From the NCBI GenBank assembly GCA_001825395.1, contig MHWN01000019.1, positions 1 through 50,198 of the forward strand: a stretch of DNA of 50,198 nucleotides. Reading direction: 5' to 3'. Under the pieces are notes generated by a model. That model ran no database searches. It was given only the letters and a program-made list of their open reading frames with translations, and had not been told where the DNA came from. Both the position numbers and the translations under genes were made by a program. The DNA is from Candidatus Zambryskibacteria bacterium RIFCSPLOWO2_02_FULL_39_26. Its GTDB lineage: Bacteria > Patescibacteriota > Minisyncoccia > Phycocordibacterales > DATDWN01. Positions 41,563-50,198 of the stretch are shown here, one piece after another. How positions within the stretch are numbered: position 1 is the first letter of the stretch; every line of letters starts with the position of its first letter.

Positions 41563-42291
41563 TTATGCCAGAGAGTACTTGCTCCAGCGCCTCTCTCCAG
41601 TTCTTTTCAGTACCCCAGCTTTTATGAATGAGGTCAACTCCCTCTGTATGGTTTTTTCACTGCAATCCTTTATGACAGCAGATATGTCTTTAATCGTTAA
41701 TTCCTTTTTTTTCCTTAGTAAATTTAAAATTATATTTTGGCGATTTGACCTTTTAAACTGGTCTCGACTCTTTAAAAGACTGTTGTCCTTTATACCACCT
41801 CCACTGGATAAATATCTGTCCTTTATACCCAAACCGACCTCTTTAACATTAAAAAATGATTTTGGGATAGTACCATCAACTGCTCCACTGTGGTTTGACA
41901 TTTCAGAGTCCATAATTCCGACTAAACTTGAAAATTCCTTCTTTAAAATAGTGAAATTCATATTGGATAACAACCCCCCAAAAGAAGATATTTCTAACAA
42001 AGAGACTAGCTCCAAGATACGAGTCTTAACGTTATAAATAAAATCACCACAGCTAGATTCATTTATATCCTTGTAATTTAAGATAAAGGACATTAGATCT
42101 CCGGCTTTTTTCCTTAGAGTCCACTTCGTTGGTTCATTTTCGGAAAATAAATTGGTAACCATATAGACTGCCGATACTAGTTTTTCTGTCTTTTTGTACA
42201 CAAAAACGAAATTGGCATCTTCGCCAAAAAATGAGATGGGGTCTATATTATTTGTATTTAAATTTGCGGAAACCCTATTTTCTTGTTCCAT
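41563..42291 (-). CDS. helical-bundle plus C-terminal DeoR-like HTH protein
   Basis: KTEKLVSAVYMVT N-terminus; LTIKDIS...SEKTIQREL...GERRWSKY. Confidence 0.82.
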   Translation of the reverse strand: MEQENRVSANLNTNNIDPISFFGEDANFVFVYKKTEKLVSAVYMVTNLFSENEPTKWTLRKKAGDLMSFILNYKDINESSCGDFIYNVKTRILELVSLLEISSFGGLLSNMNFTILKKEFSSLVGIMDSEMSNHSGAVDGTIPKSFFNVKEVGLGIKDRYLSSGGGIKDNSLLKSRDQFKRSNRQNIILNLLRKKKELTIKDISAVIKDCSEKTIQRELTSFIKAGVLKRTGERRWSKYSLA

Positions 42292-42315
42292 ATATTTACC
42301 ACTTTAAGGGAGTAA

Positions 42316-42386
42316 TGTCCTTAATTGTTATTTAATATGTCCTATATAAATAATAAATGTCCTTTAGAACATTAAGCACGTCCATT
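42316..42386. promoter_or_regulatory. four phased YGTCCW repeats upstream of the HTH gene
   Basis: Copies at 42316, 42338, 42358, 42379. Confidence 0.5.
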
Positions 42387-42590
42387 ATACTCATTAAAGA
42401 CATTTAGGCAAGCCCGCACACTAACATTGCCATCATCCTGCTTTTCAAAAACGACACTAGTACCAACTTAGATATCTTTGCCATAATCTCGCTTTAAGCG
42501 ATGATTACTACAGAACATATTAGAGCAATGGCAATGTTAGTGTGCGGACGTGCCAGACAAGTAATGATTTATTTGCTAAAATACCTAGAT

Positions 42591-44807
42591 ATGGCCAAGA
42601 AGGATAAGAAAAGAAGAGGTGGAGAGGCAAATAGTGAATCTTCTTATGGGTATCTAAAAGATGAAACTTTGCAAGGCATAATTGCCATCCTATTTTTTGT
42701 ATTGAGTGTATTTTTTACACTATCCAGTTTTACCACCAAAGGGGGTAATAATTTGGCTGGCTTTGTCGGTGAGCAGTCTTATAAAATATTTCATGATATT
42801 CTTTTCGGAGTCGGATATTATTTGTTGCCTGTAATATTTTTAATGCTATGTATTTCCTTCTTCAAATCGTTGAAAAAGAAACTGGCCACGACCCATACTA
42901 TCGGCGGTATTTTATTTTTCATTTCCGGACTTGGACTTATCAATATAAGTTTACCTGACAGGGGCGGGTTTGTTGGGGGACTTATCTCCAGCCCCCTTGT
43001 AAGTTTATTTGATGTTTACGCCAGTGTTGTCATACTTTTAGCTCTTATGGTTATATCATGTCTGATCATATTTGACGCGCCACTTAAGCTTACATTCATT
43101 ACTTCATTATTTAAAAAAAGGGATATTCTCCCCGAAACGGAAGATTCTGGACCGGAGATAATTATCGCTAATTCGGGCGGTTTAAGCCAAGATGATTTAA
43201 AAAATTTAAGAAAAGACGGTCATGCGATTGAAAAAACTCTCGAAACAAAAAGAACTGGGGAAATATTACCAAATAATAAAAAGGAGGAATTTGGCGTAAA
43301 TCTTCTTTCTTTTAACGGAAAAGAATTTGTTCCGCCACCTCTTTCTCTTCTTCAAGAAGATCATGGCAAACCGGGAGTTGGAGATATAAAAGCTAATTCA
43401 AATATTATCAAAAGAACACTGGCGAACTTTGGCATTAATGTTGAAATGGATGAAATTTCCATTGGCCCATCAATAACCAGATACGCCCTGAAGCCGGCGG
43501 AGGGAGTAAAATTGTCCCGCATTGTCGGACTTCAAAATGATCTGTCTTTGGCTCTTGCCGCCCATCCAATACGAATAGAAGCTCCAATTCCCGGAAAATC
43601 TCTGGTCGGAATTGAAATACCGAATAGTATTAAAACAACCGTCGGACTTGGGACGCTATTGTCCTCAAACGAATTTCAAAATTCGGATAAACCGCTTTTG
43701 GTTTCTCTTGGAAAAGGAATCTCCGGAATGTCATATTTTGCCAATTTATCCAGAGCTCCACACTTTCTTATTGCCGGAGCAACCGGTGCCGGCAAATCGG
43801 TCTCTATACACGCCATCATTACCTCGCTCCTTTATAGAAATTCCCCTGATAATTTGAAATTCATAATGATAGATCCTAAGCGAGTGGAGTTGACCCTTTA
43901 TAACAAAATACCCCATTTACTGACTCCTGTTATTACCGACGCTAAAAAAACTATTTTGGCCCTGAAATGGGCGGCTAAAGAAATGGATAGGCGTTATGAC
44001 ATTCTTCAGGCCGAAAGTTTGCAAAATATTTCTTCTTACCATAAAAATGTGGTTGAGCCGGAACTAAAAAAGAAAAAAACAGTTAAGGCGTCAGCTACGA
44101 CAGACGACAAACAAATTGAGACCATGCCTTATATCGTCATCGTTATTGACGAATTGGCTGATATTATGTCAATGTATCCTCGCGAACTGGAATCGGCTAT
44201 TGTTCGCTTGGCCCAAATGTCTCGAGCAGTTGGAATCCATCTTATTCTTTCCACCCAAAGACCTTCGGTAAACATCATTACCGGACTTATCAAAGCCAAC
44301 ATTCCGACAAGAATCGCCTTGCAGGTGGCCTCCCAAGTAGACTCCCGAACTATTCTTGATATGGGCGGGGCGGAAAAACTTTTGGGAGCCGGGGATATGC
44401 TTTACCTTTCCGGAGAAATGTCTCAACCACAAAGAATCCAATCGGCATATATATCGGAAAATGAAGTCAAGGCAGTGGTGAAATATCTGGCCCAAAGTTA
44501 TGAAAGTGATGTGCCAAATGAAATAAACCTAACCGGTGAAAATCAGAAAAATAATATTTTTGAAGCAACACTTGAAGATGAGAAAATGGAAAACGATGAC
44601 GAACTTTATGAAGAAGCCAAGAAGACTGTCATGGAAGCCGGCAAGGCATCTACCTCTTATCTTCAGCGAAAACTGGGTATTGGTTACGCCCGGGCCGCCC
44701 GGCTTATTGATATGCTTGAAGAGCGCGGAGTGATTGGCCCAGGTTCTGGAGCCAAACCACGAGAAGTTATAGGAAACACGACATCAATTACGAATGAGAA
44801 CGAATGA
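42591..44807 (+). CDS. ftsK: DNA translocase FtsK/SpoIIIE
   Basis: 4TM region, GATGAGKS Walker A, IDELADIM, gamma domain LQRKLGIGYARAARLID; start after TGnTAAAAT. Confidence 0.97.
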   Translation: MAKKDKKRRGGEANSESSYGYLKDETLQGIIAILFFVLSVFFTLSSFTTKGGNNLAGFVGEQSYKIFHDILFGVGYYLLPVIFLMLCISFFKSLKKKLATTHTIGGILFFISGLGLINISLPDRGGFVGGLISSPLVSLFDVYASVVILLALMVISCLIIFDAPLKLTFITSLFKKRDILPETEDSGPEIIIANSGGLSQDDLKNLRKDGHAIEKTLETKRTGEILPNNKKEEFGVNLLSFNGKEFVPPPLSLLQEDHGKPGVGDIKANSNIIKRTLANFGINVEMDEISIGPSITRYALKPAEGVKLSRIVGLQNDLSLALAAHPIRIEAPIPGKSLVGIEIPNSIKTTVGLGTLLSSNEFQNSDKPLLVSLGKGISGMSYFANLSRAPHFLIAGATGAGKSVSIHAIITSLLYRNSPDNLKFIMIDPKRVELTLYNKIPHLLTPVITDAKKTILALKWAAKEMDRRYDILQAESLQNISSYHKNVVEPELKKKKTVKASATTDDKQIETMPYIVIVIDELADIMSMYPRELESAIVRLAQMSRAVGIHLILSTQRPSVNIITGLIKANIPTRIALQVASQVDSRTILDMGGAEKLLGAGDMLYLSGEMSQPQRIQSAYISENEVKAVVKYLAQSYESDVPNEINLTGENQKNNIFEATLEDEKMENDDELYEEAKKTVMEAGKASTSYLQRKLGIGYARAARLIDMLEERGVIGPGSGAKPREVIGNTTSITNENE

Positions 44808-44900
44808 CACGAATGGAATTTATTCATGTGCCCTATTCGCAAAGGTTTTTAACTATTCGTGTCATTCGCATGAATTCTGGTGGATTAGTGTCGCACTTAC

Positions 44901-45254
44901 ATGAATAGAAACGCCACATCCTTACTGCGAATTACCTTATTTTCTATCCTAGGTATGGTTATAGTGGGATATTCCATATTTCAGGCATGGAAGCTTATTT
45001 CTGGACCAATTATTGATATATACACACCCCAAAACGGCGCGACCTACAGCCAGACTCTCATAGAAATAGAGGGTCGGGCTCGAAATATTTCTTACTTAAA
45101 CTTAAACGATAGACCAATCTTTACAAACAAGAATGGTTATTTTAAAGAAAAATTGCTCCTGTCACCGGGGTATAATATAATCAAATTAGACGCAAAAGAT
45201 AAGTTCAAAAATTACACGAAAAAGAGATTGGAAATTATATTAAAAGAGTTTTAA
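44901..45254 (+). CDS. membrane-anchored Ig-like domain protein
   Basis: N-terminal TM, P.NG..., G.F.EKLLL.PGYN.I motif. Confidence 0.8.
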   Translation: MNRNATSLLRITLFSILGMVIVGYSIFQAWKLISGPIIDIYTPQNGATYSQTLIEIEGRARNISYLNLNDRPIFTNKNGYFKEKLLLSPGYNIIKLDAKDKFKNYTKKRLEIILKEF

Positions 45255-45270
45255 TAATTAAAATAATACT

Positions 45271-46341
45271 ATGAAGAAAAAAGTACAGAAAGAACCTAAA
45301 AACGAAATCGGGAAAGTTAACGTGGAAAATACTTTAAGAGAAATCCGAACGAAGTTTGGTGACGACGCGATTATGATGCTTGGTGACAAGCCACACGTGG
45401 ACGTTAACGCCATATCCACCGGCTCTATTGGTCTTGATGCGGCACTCGGTGTTGGAGGACTTCCGCGCGGCAGAATAATTGAAATCTTTGGACCGGAATC
45501 GTCGGGAAAGACAACATTGTCTTTACACGTCATCGCTGAAGCCCAGAAAAAAGGCGGGATTTGCGCATTTATTGATGCCGAACACTCCATGGATCCGGAA
45601 TACTCAAAACGCTTGGGTGTGAACATTGCCGAGCTTTTGATCTCCCAGCCGGACAATGGCGAACAGGCTCTGGAGATTGTGGATTCGCTTGTACGCTCCG
45701 GCAAAATTGATGTTATCGTCATTGACTCCGTAGCCGCTCTTACTCCAAAAGATGAAATTGAAGGCGATATGGGCGCACACCATGTCGGCAAGCAGGCCCG
45801 CCTTATGTCCCAAGCTCTTCGCAAACTAACCGCCATTGTGGCAAAGTCAAAGACAATTGTCATTTTTATAAACCAAATCCGAATGCAGATTGGTGTAATG
45901 TTTGGCAATCCTGAAACCACTCCTGGAGGAAAAGCGCTTAAGTTTTACACTTCTATTCGAATAGATATCCGCCGCATCGCCCAAATAAAAAAAGGTGAGG
46001 AAGTGATGGGTGGACGAATCAGAGTAAAAGTGGTCAAAAACAAAGTTGCCGCTCCTTTCAAACAAACCGAGTTTGATTTAATGTACAACGAAGGCATTTC
46101 TCGCGAGGGTGAACTTATCGCTCTTGGTGAAAAGATGGGAATTATAAAAAAATCCGGCACAAGTTATGCCTACGGCGAAGAAAAACTTGGTCGTGGATAT
46201 GATGCAACTCGCCAATTTCTCAAAGACAAAGCCAACAAAAAAATCGCTGACCATATTCTAAAAGAAATTCGCGCAGGTCTCGCTAAAAACGGCGGGTCAG
46301 TTGTGGCTGTAAATACTGGTGAATCAAGTTCGGAAGAATAA
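45271..46341 (+). CDS. recA: recombinase RecA
   Basis: [35 protein letters not shown] motifs. Confidence 0.99.
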   Translation: MKKKVQKEPKNEIGKVNVENTLREIRTKFGDDAIMMLGDKPHVDVNAISTGSIGLDAALGVGGLPRGRIIEIFGPESSGKTTLSLHVIAEAQKKGGICAFIDAEHSMDPEYSKRLGVNIAELLISQPDNGEQALEIVDSLVRSGKIDVIVIDSVAALTPKDEIEGDMGAHHVGKQARLMSQALRKLTAIVAKSKTIVIFINQIRMQIGVMFGNPETTPGGKALKFYTSIRIDIRRIAQIKKGEEVMGGRIRVKVVKNKVAAPFKQTEFDLMYNEGISREGELIALGEKMGIIKKSGTSYAYGEEKLGRGYDATRQFLKDKANKKIADHILKEIRAGLAKNGGSVVAVNTGESSSEE

Positions 46342-46345
46342 ATCT

Positions 46346-46451
46346 TTTTCGTAATAAATTTTTCTAGTAACAGAATAATTTTCTGCTGAAAATTTTCTTT
46401 CTACTCATCTTTTCACAGATTCCGTAGATACTAGAAAAATTTATTACTCAA
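46346..46451. repeat. ~106-bp element with 19-bp inverted repeats (GTAATAAATTTTTCTAGTA), copy of 23085-23190
   Basis: Arms 46351-46369 and 46429-46447. Confidence 0.88.
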
Positions 46452-46523
46452 CGATTTTATAATACAGAAAACCGACTCAGCGAGACGGTTTGTCTGCTTG
46501 CCGGTATAACGCTGAACCTTTGA

Positions 46524-46739
46524 CTACCTACCGGTAGCTGTCTCCTCATGAGGCCTAAGGCAGGTATCGCAGTTCTTGCAACACCCAGATCCATCCCACT
46601 TGTGTTTCTCATCTTTGCATCTAGGCTTATCTTTTCGGTATAAACCATCGCCACAAAGGTGCCACCCTTTGGCTGGTTTTCTTCGGGCATTTCCAGATTT
46701 CAAGTCGATACGATTCCATTCAGCCATGGTCTTTCTCAT
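46524..46739 (-). CDS. 71-aa basic Cys/His-rich orphan protein, SD-led cassette 7
   Basis: TTGACA-16-TAGTAT (46788-46761), GGAGGG SD 8 nt before ATG, hairpin plus T4 at 46468-46491. Confidence 0.65.
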   Translation of the reverse strand: MRKTMAEWNRIDLKSGNARRKPAKGWHLCGDGLYRKDKPRCKDEKHKWDGSGCCKNCDTCLRPHEETATGR

Positions 46740-47006
46740 TTTATAAACCCTCCATAAAAAATACTACAGTTAAAAAATAACTTGTCAAACTGGCTTTTAG
46801 GCCTTAAATAAGCTATATTATCCCCAGTTACTTGTCCCGTTAGAAGCTTCAGTCAAAATCTCTCTCGGAAAAACAGTGAAATATTAAACACTCGGTGTTT
46901 AATATTAGTGTCTATTAAATAAAACTTTGATGCAGAAAACCCCGTACCAAGTAATCTTTGGTACGGGGTATACCCTGCAAGGGAGACCTTTGATAAACTG
47001 AAGGCC

Positions 47007-47837
47007 TTATTTTACCTCATATGTTATAGTCACATTTGATACTATTTCGTTTTCTCCGACTGGCACTTGTGGTGATGTTGAAACCACATCCGTAGCTATA
47101 GACTTTGCTTCCAGTCCATAATACATTGGCACTGGATAATTTCCGTTCTCATTAAAGCTTACAATCCTAACAAGTTTTACACCAAGAGACTTTGCTAGAA
47201 TTTTTGCTTTTGCTTTTGCATCAGTTATTGCTTTATCCCGTGCATCGGCTTGTACTGCGTCCATATCGTCTGTGACAAAATTAAGTCCACTTATATTTTG
47301 AGCTCCTAGACTTCCGACTTTTGTCAAAATATCTCCGGCTGTGTCTGTTTTTCTGACTTTGACAGAAATAGTTTGACTAACTTCGTAACCGATAAGCACT
47401 TGCTTACCTGGAGGGCAATAAACCGGCATCATGACTCCATTTGTTGATTCAGCTCTCTGGCAGACACTGCTTGAATATTCATATTTCGGATTTGAATAAT
47501 ACCCCACTGTCTTTATATCTTTCTCATCCACTCCCATACCCTTGACTGCGTCTAAAATAGAATTGATTTTTTTGCTTTCTTTACCCTGCGCCTCTTTCAC
47601 CGTCTTACCTTCCTCAATCACTGAAAATGAAAACGAGCCTGTATCAGGAATGGCAAAAACAGATCCTTTTCCTGAAATCGTTATAGTATTTGCCGGGTAA
47701 ACTCCTCCGCCAATGTACGAAAACTCCTTTATGGTATTAAGGGCTTTGAAACCCAAGAAAACGGCCAACGTTATGACGACAGCGAAAACTCCCTTAAATA
47801 AACGGCTCTTTTGAACATCATTTAGATATTGATACAT
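47007..47837 (-). CDS. SIMPL (DUF541) domain protein
   Basis: ITISGKGSVFAIPD, DIKT, AITDAKAKAKILAKSLGVKL motifs. Confidence 0.92.
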   Translation of the reverse strand: MYQYLNDVQKSRLFKGVFAVVITLAVFLGFKALNTIKEFSYIGGGVYPANTITISGKGSVFAIPDTGSFSFSVIEEGKTVKEAQGKESKKINSILDAVKGMGVDEKDIKTVGYYSNPKYEYSSSVCQRAESTNGVMMPVYCPPGKQVLIGYEVSQTISVKVRKTDTAGDILTKVGSLGAQNISGLNFVTDDMDAVQADARDKAITDAKAKAKILAKSLGVKLVRIVSFNENGNYPVPMYYGLEAKSIATDVVSTSPQVPVGENEIVSNVTITYEVK

Positions 47838-47883
47838 ATTTTTATCCGCCTCTTGCGAAAATTAATAAAAGGTAATAATTTAT

Positions 47884-48438
47884 TTATCGCATATTTAGAC
47901 GATTGTTTTGCCTAAACATTACAAGCTTGAAAATAAAAATGGAAATATAACTAATCAGAACACCGAGTATTATACCAAAAAGCACATCGCTTAACCAATG
48001 AACACCGAGATAAAGCCGTGAAAAAGCCACTAGCATGATGCCTGAAAGACAAATGGTATTAAAAATAACTCTTCCCCTACTTCTGAAACACGAATCAAAA
48101 ATGTAAATAAGTATCACAAAAAATATTGTGGCTGAAGTGGCATGATAACTTGGAAAACTGGAACTAAACACCGACATAAAACCGTCCAAAGGCCTAGCAA
48201 TATTAAAAATATTTTTTAAAATATAAACTATGACTGTCCCAAACAATAATGTGGAGAAAAAAAGAAGGGCATAACGAAAATTTCTAATCAGAAAAATAAG
48301 TATGGTAAAACAAATGACCAGTAAAATAAAATACCAAGATGCATCAAAAAAAGTTGTGAGGGTATACATGACATCCGTAAGAATCGGGGTTCTGGTCAGT
48401 GAAAAATAATTTTGTACTGGAACATCAAATGAATACAT
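47884..48438 (-). CDS. PAP2-family membrane phosphatase
   Basis: K......RP, SFPSYH, SRLYLGVHWLSDV motifs. Confidence 0.92.
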   Translation of the reverse strand: MYSFDVPVQNYFSLTRTPILTDVMYTLTTFFDASWYFILLVICFTILIFLIRNFRYALLFFSTLLFGTVIVYILKNIFNIARPLDGFMSVFSSSFPSYHATSATIFFVILIYIFDSCFRSRGRVIFNTICLSGIMLVAFSRLYLGVHWLSDVLFGIILGVLISYISIFIFKLVMFRQNNRLNMR

Positions 48439-48456
48439 GACAAAAATTTTTAATTT

Positions 48457-49356
48457 CTAATTTTCAATTTCCAAACGAGCGAAAATGCCACAGGGCAAAA
48501 GTCTGCCGCCTGAAGTTTCTTTGATGGCCAACTCCCCTGAAGTTATTTTACTATTATAGTTTTTTGCAAAAGACTCCAATAGTTGTGCATATGTAATGTG
48601 GGAGTATCCTGAAGCGTAACCGTTTAGAACTACAGCAATAGGATTTGGTGAAAGTAAACTTTTCAAACGCAACAGTAGTGGTTGCAAATCAGTTTTAATA
48701 TTCCAAGCTTCTCCTTTAGGACCTTTGCCATACACAGGAGGATCTAAAAGAATAACATCGTATTTATTTCCTCTTTTTATTTCTCGTTCAACAAATTTTC
48801 TGACGTCATCAACAATAAATCTCACTGGTTTGTCAGAAAGTCCGGATGAGTCTAAATTTTTGTGAGCTAAATCAACCATAAATTTAGAAGCGTCCACATG
48901 AACAACGCTTGCTCCGGTTCGTGCGCAAGTCATACTTGCACCCCCTGTGTAGGCAAAAAGATTTAGAACTTGGATTTTTTTATTCGTCTCATTCGCATGT
49001 TTCGTAGATTCGTATCGCATTTTGATTTTCTCCTCCAACCACTTCCACTGCCCGGATTGTTCAGGAAAAAGTCCTAAATGCTTGGAAGGTAGAAGTTCCA
49101 GGTTAAAAGTTAGATCACCCAGAGATACCTGCCAATTTTTATTTATTCCCTCTTTAACTTTCCACTTGCCAGAAGTGCCAACGCGAGTGTAAACTGCATC
49201 CGCTTTTTCCCACTGACTTTTATCTAATTTCTTTGACCAAATCGCCTGCGGATCCGGACGAGTTAAAATTATGCTTCCATATCTCTCCAATTTCTCTCCA
49301 TCTCCGCTATCAAAAAACTCATAATCAGCCGATTTTTTTGTGATGAGTATTTTCAT
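48457..49356 (-). CDS. class I SAM-dependent methyltransferase (RlmI/RlmK-like)
   Basis: VLNLFAYTGG, HVDAS, YDVILLDPP motifs. Confidence 0.9.
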   Translation of the reverse strand: MKILITKKSADYEFFDSGDGEKLERYGSIILTRPDPQAIWSKKLDKSQWEKADAVYTRVGTSGKWKVKEGINKNWQVSLGDLTFNLELLPSKHLGLFPEQSGQWKWLEEKIKMRYESTKHANETNKKIQVLNLFAYTGGASMTCARTGASVVHVDASKFMVDLAHKNLDSSGLSDKPVRFIVDDVRKFVEREIKRGNKYDVILLDPPVYGKGPKGEAWNIKTDLQPLLLRLKSLLSPNPIAVVLNGYASGYSHITYAQLLESFAKNYNSKITSGELAIKETSGGRLLPCGIFARLEIEN

Positions 49357-49358
49357 AA

Positions 49359-50108
49359 CTACTGAACGATGATATTTCCAGTCATTTCTGTATGGGCGCT
49401 GCAGTGGTAAGGATATGCCCCAATCTTACTAAAAACAACTGAATGTAACTCTCCTTTATTAAGCGCTTTTGAATTTTGTTTCTCAAAATAAGTATGTGCA
49501 GGATGACTATCAGTATTAACATAGTGGATAGTGTCATCATCATTCACCCAGATTACTTTGGTATTAGGACTCACAATCAAATCTTTAGGTAAAAATTTAA
49601 TTTCGGACATCCTTATCGTTATCTCACTTTTATTTCTCATATCCTGAAATGGCACGGCTGTGTCTCTGTCTATCGCAAATTCAAAATAACCCTGATGGCA
49701 GGATCTGTCCGGCCAGCAAGCATTGTAGTCAACTTTATAAAGCCCATTCGGGGCATCCGCATCAAAGTTTTTTCTCAATACAAGTTTATTACTATCTATT
49801 ACTGTCTCTCCAACACTGTATTCAACCCCGTCTTTTTTAATGGAAATGGATGAAGGTGGAGCAAGATCAAAATTGAAATCAATAACAATGTTTATTGGGG
49901 ATGCGGCCAAGACAGAAGCATGGGCAGGGGTATTAGTTTCATAATGAGCACTCTTCTTTGGACGGTTAAAGTCAAAATTCAAACTGGATGACTTCTCCAA
50001 ATTTTCATTCTTTAGACCACCAACACTTTCATCTTTATTCAAACTGTAGAAAGCAAAAATGCTTATCAAAATAAGAATAACTAATATAACTAATGCTTTT
50101 TTGCTCAT
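49359..50108 (-). CDS. membrane-anchored CopC-like plus cupredoxin (plastocyanin-like) protein
   Basis: H..ETNTPAH..., HQG motif; WVNDD..H and YHCSAHTEM type-1 copper site; start at MSKK. Confidence 0.85.
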   Translation of the reverse strand: MSKKALVILVILILISIFAFYSLNKDESVGGLKNENLEKSSSLNFDFNRPKKSAHYETNTPAHASVLAASPINIVIDFNFDLAPPSSISIKKDGVEYSVGETVIDSNKLVLRKNFDADAPNGLYKVDYNACWPDRSCHQGYFEFAIDRDTAVPFQDMRNKSEITIRMSEIKFLPKDLIVSPNTKVIWVNDDDTIHYVNTDSHPAHTYFEKQNSKALNKGELHSVVFSKIGAYPYHCSAHTEMTGNIIVQ

Positions 50109-50198
50109 AATTTTTTGGGTGACTATCCGGTGTTGATCCGGAACTTGAAGTTCCACAAACTTCCGTGCAGAGCCGCTACACTATAGTCACCATTAATA

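Noticed and set aside
46457-46690. Alternative 77-aa ORF in cassette 7
   Set aside because: No SD; the promoter, SD and terminator fit the 46524-46739 frame.
50123-50198. Possible 3' end of an upstream minus-strand gene (…INGDYSVAALHGSLWNFKFRINTG*)
   Set aside because: Truncated by the window edge and too short to support a call.

Overview
AT-rich bacterial chromosome segment with hallmarks of a Patescibacteria/CPR (Parcubacteria-like) genome. Most genes lie on the minus strand. It contains tRNA-Ile(GAT), an unlinked 16S rRNA gene (~953-6326) and a 23S-5S unit (~19521-28712). The 16S gene has 4 group I introns, each encoding a LAGLIDADG endonuclease. The 23S gene has 7 group I introns (4 with endonucleases), two micro-exons of 6 and 9 nt, and five AT-rich hairpin insertions. 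Protein genes include secD/secF, rodA, sugar transferases, a RAYT/Y1 transposase with its palindromes, rplJ-rplL with an L10 leader, an S-layer-like surface protein cluster, ftsK, recA, SIMPL, PAP2, a methyltransferase and a cupredoxin. Three observations stand out. (1) The 16S 3' tail lacks the anti-Shine-Dalgarno sequence and core genes look leaderless or SD-less, yet seven orphan genes form self-contained cassettes with a promoter, a strong SD and an intrinsic terminator; one lies antisense inside a 16S intron. (2) A second, divergent 5S gene is cut into six pieces by five copies of a small palindromic element, and the middle copy carries the intact 5S. (3) Several palindrome families are shared among rRNA expansions, introns, intergenic spacers and coding sequences. 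E. coli rRNA numbering was assigned by eye from conserved flanking motifs, and no database searches were run.
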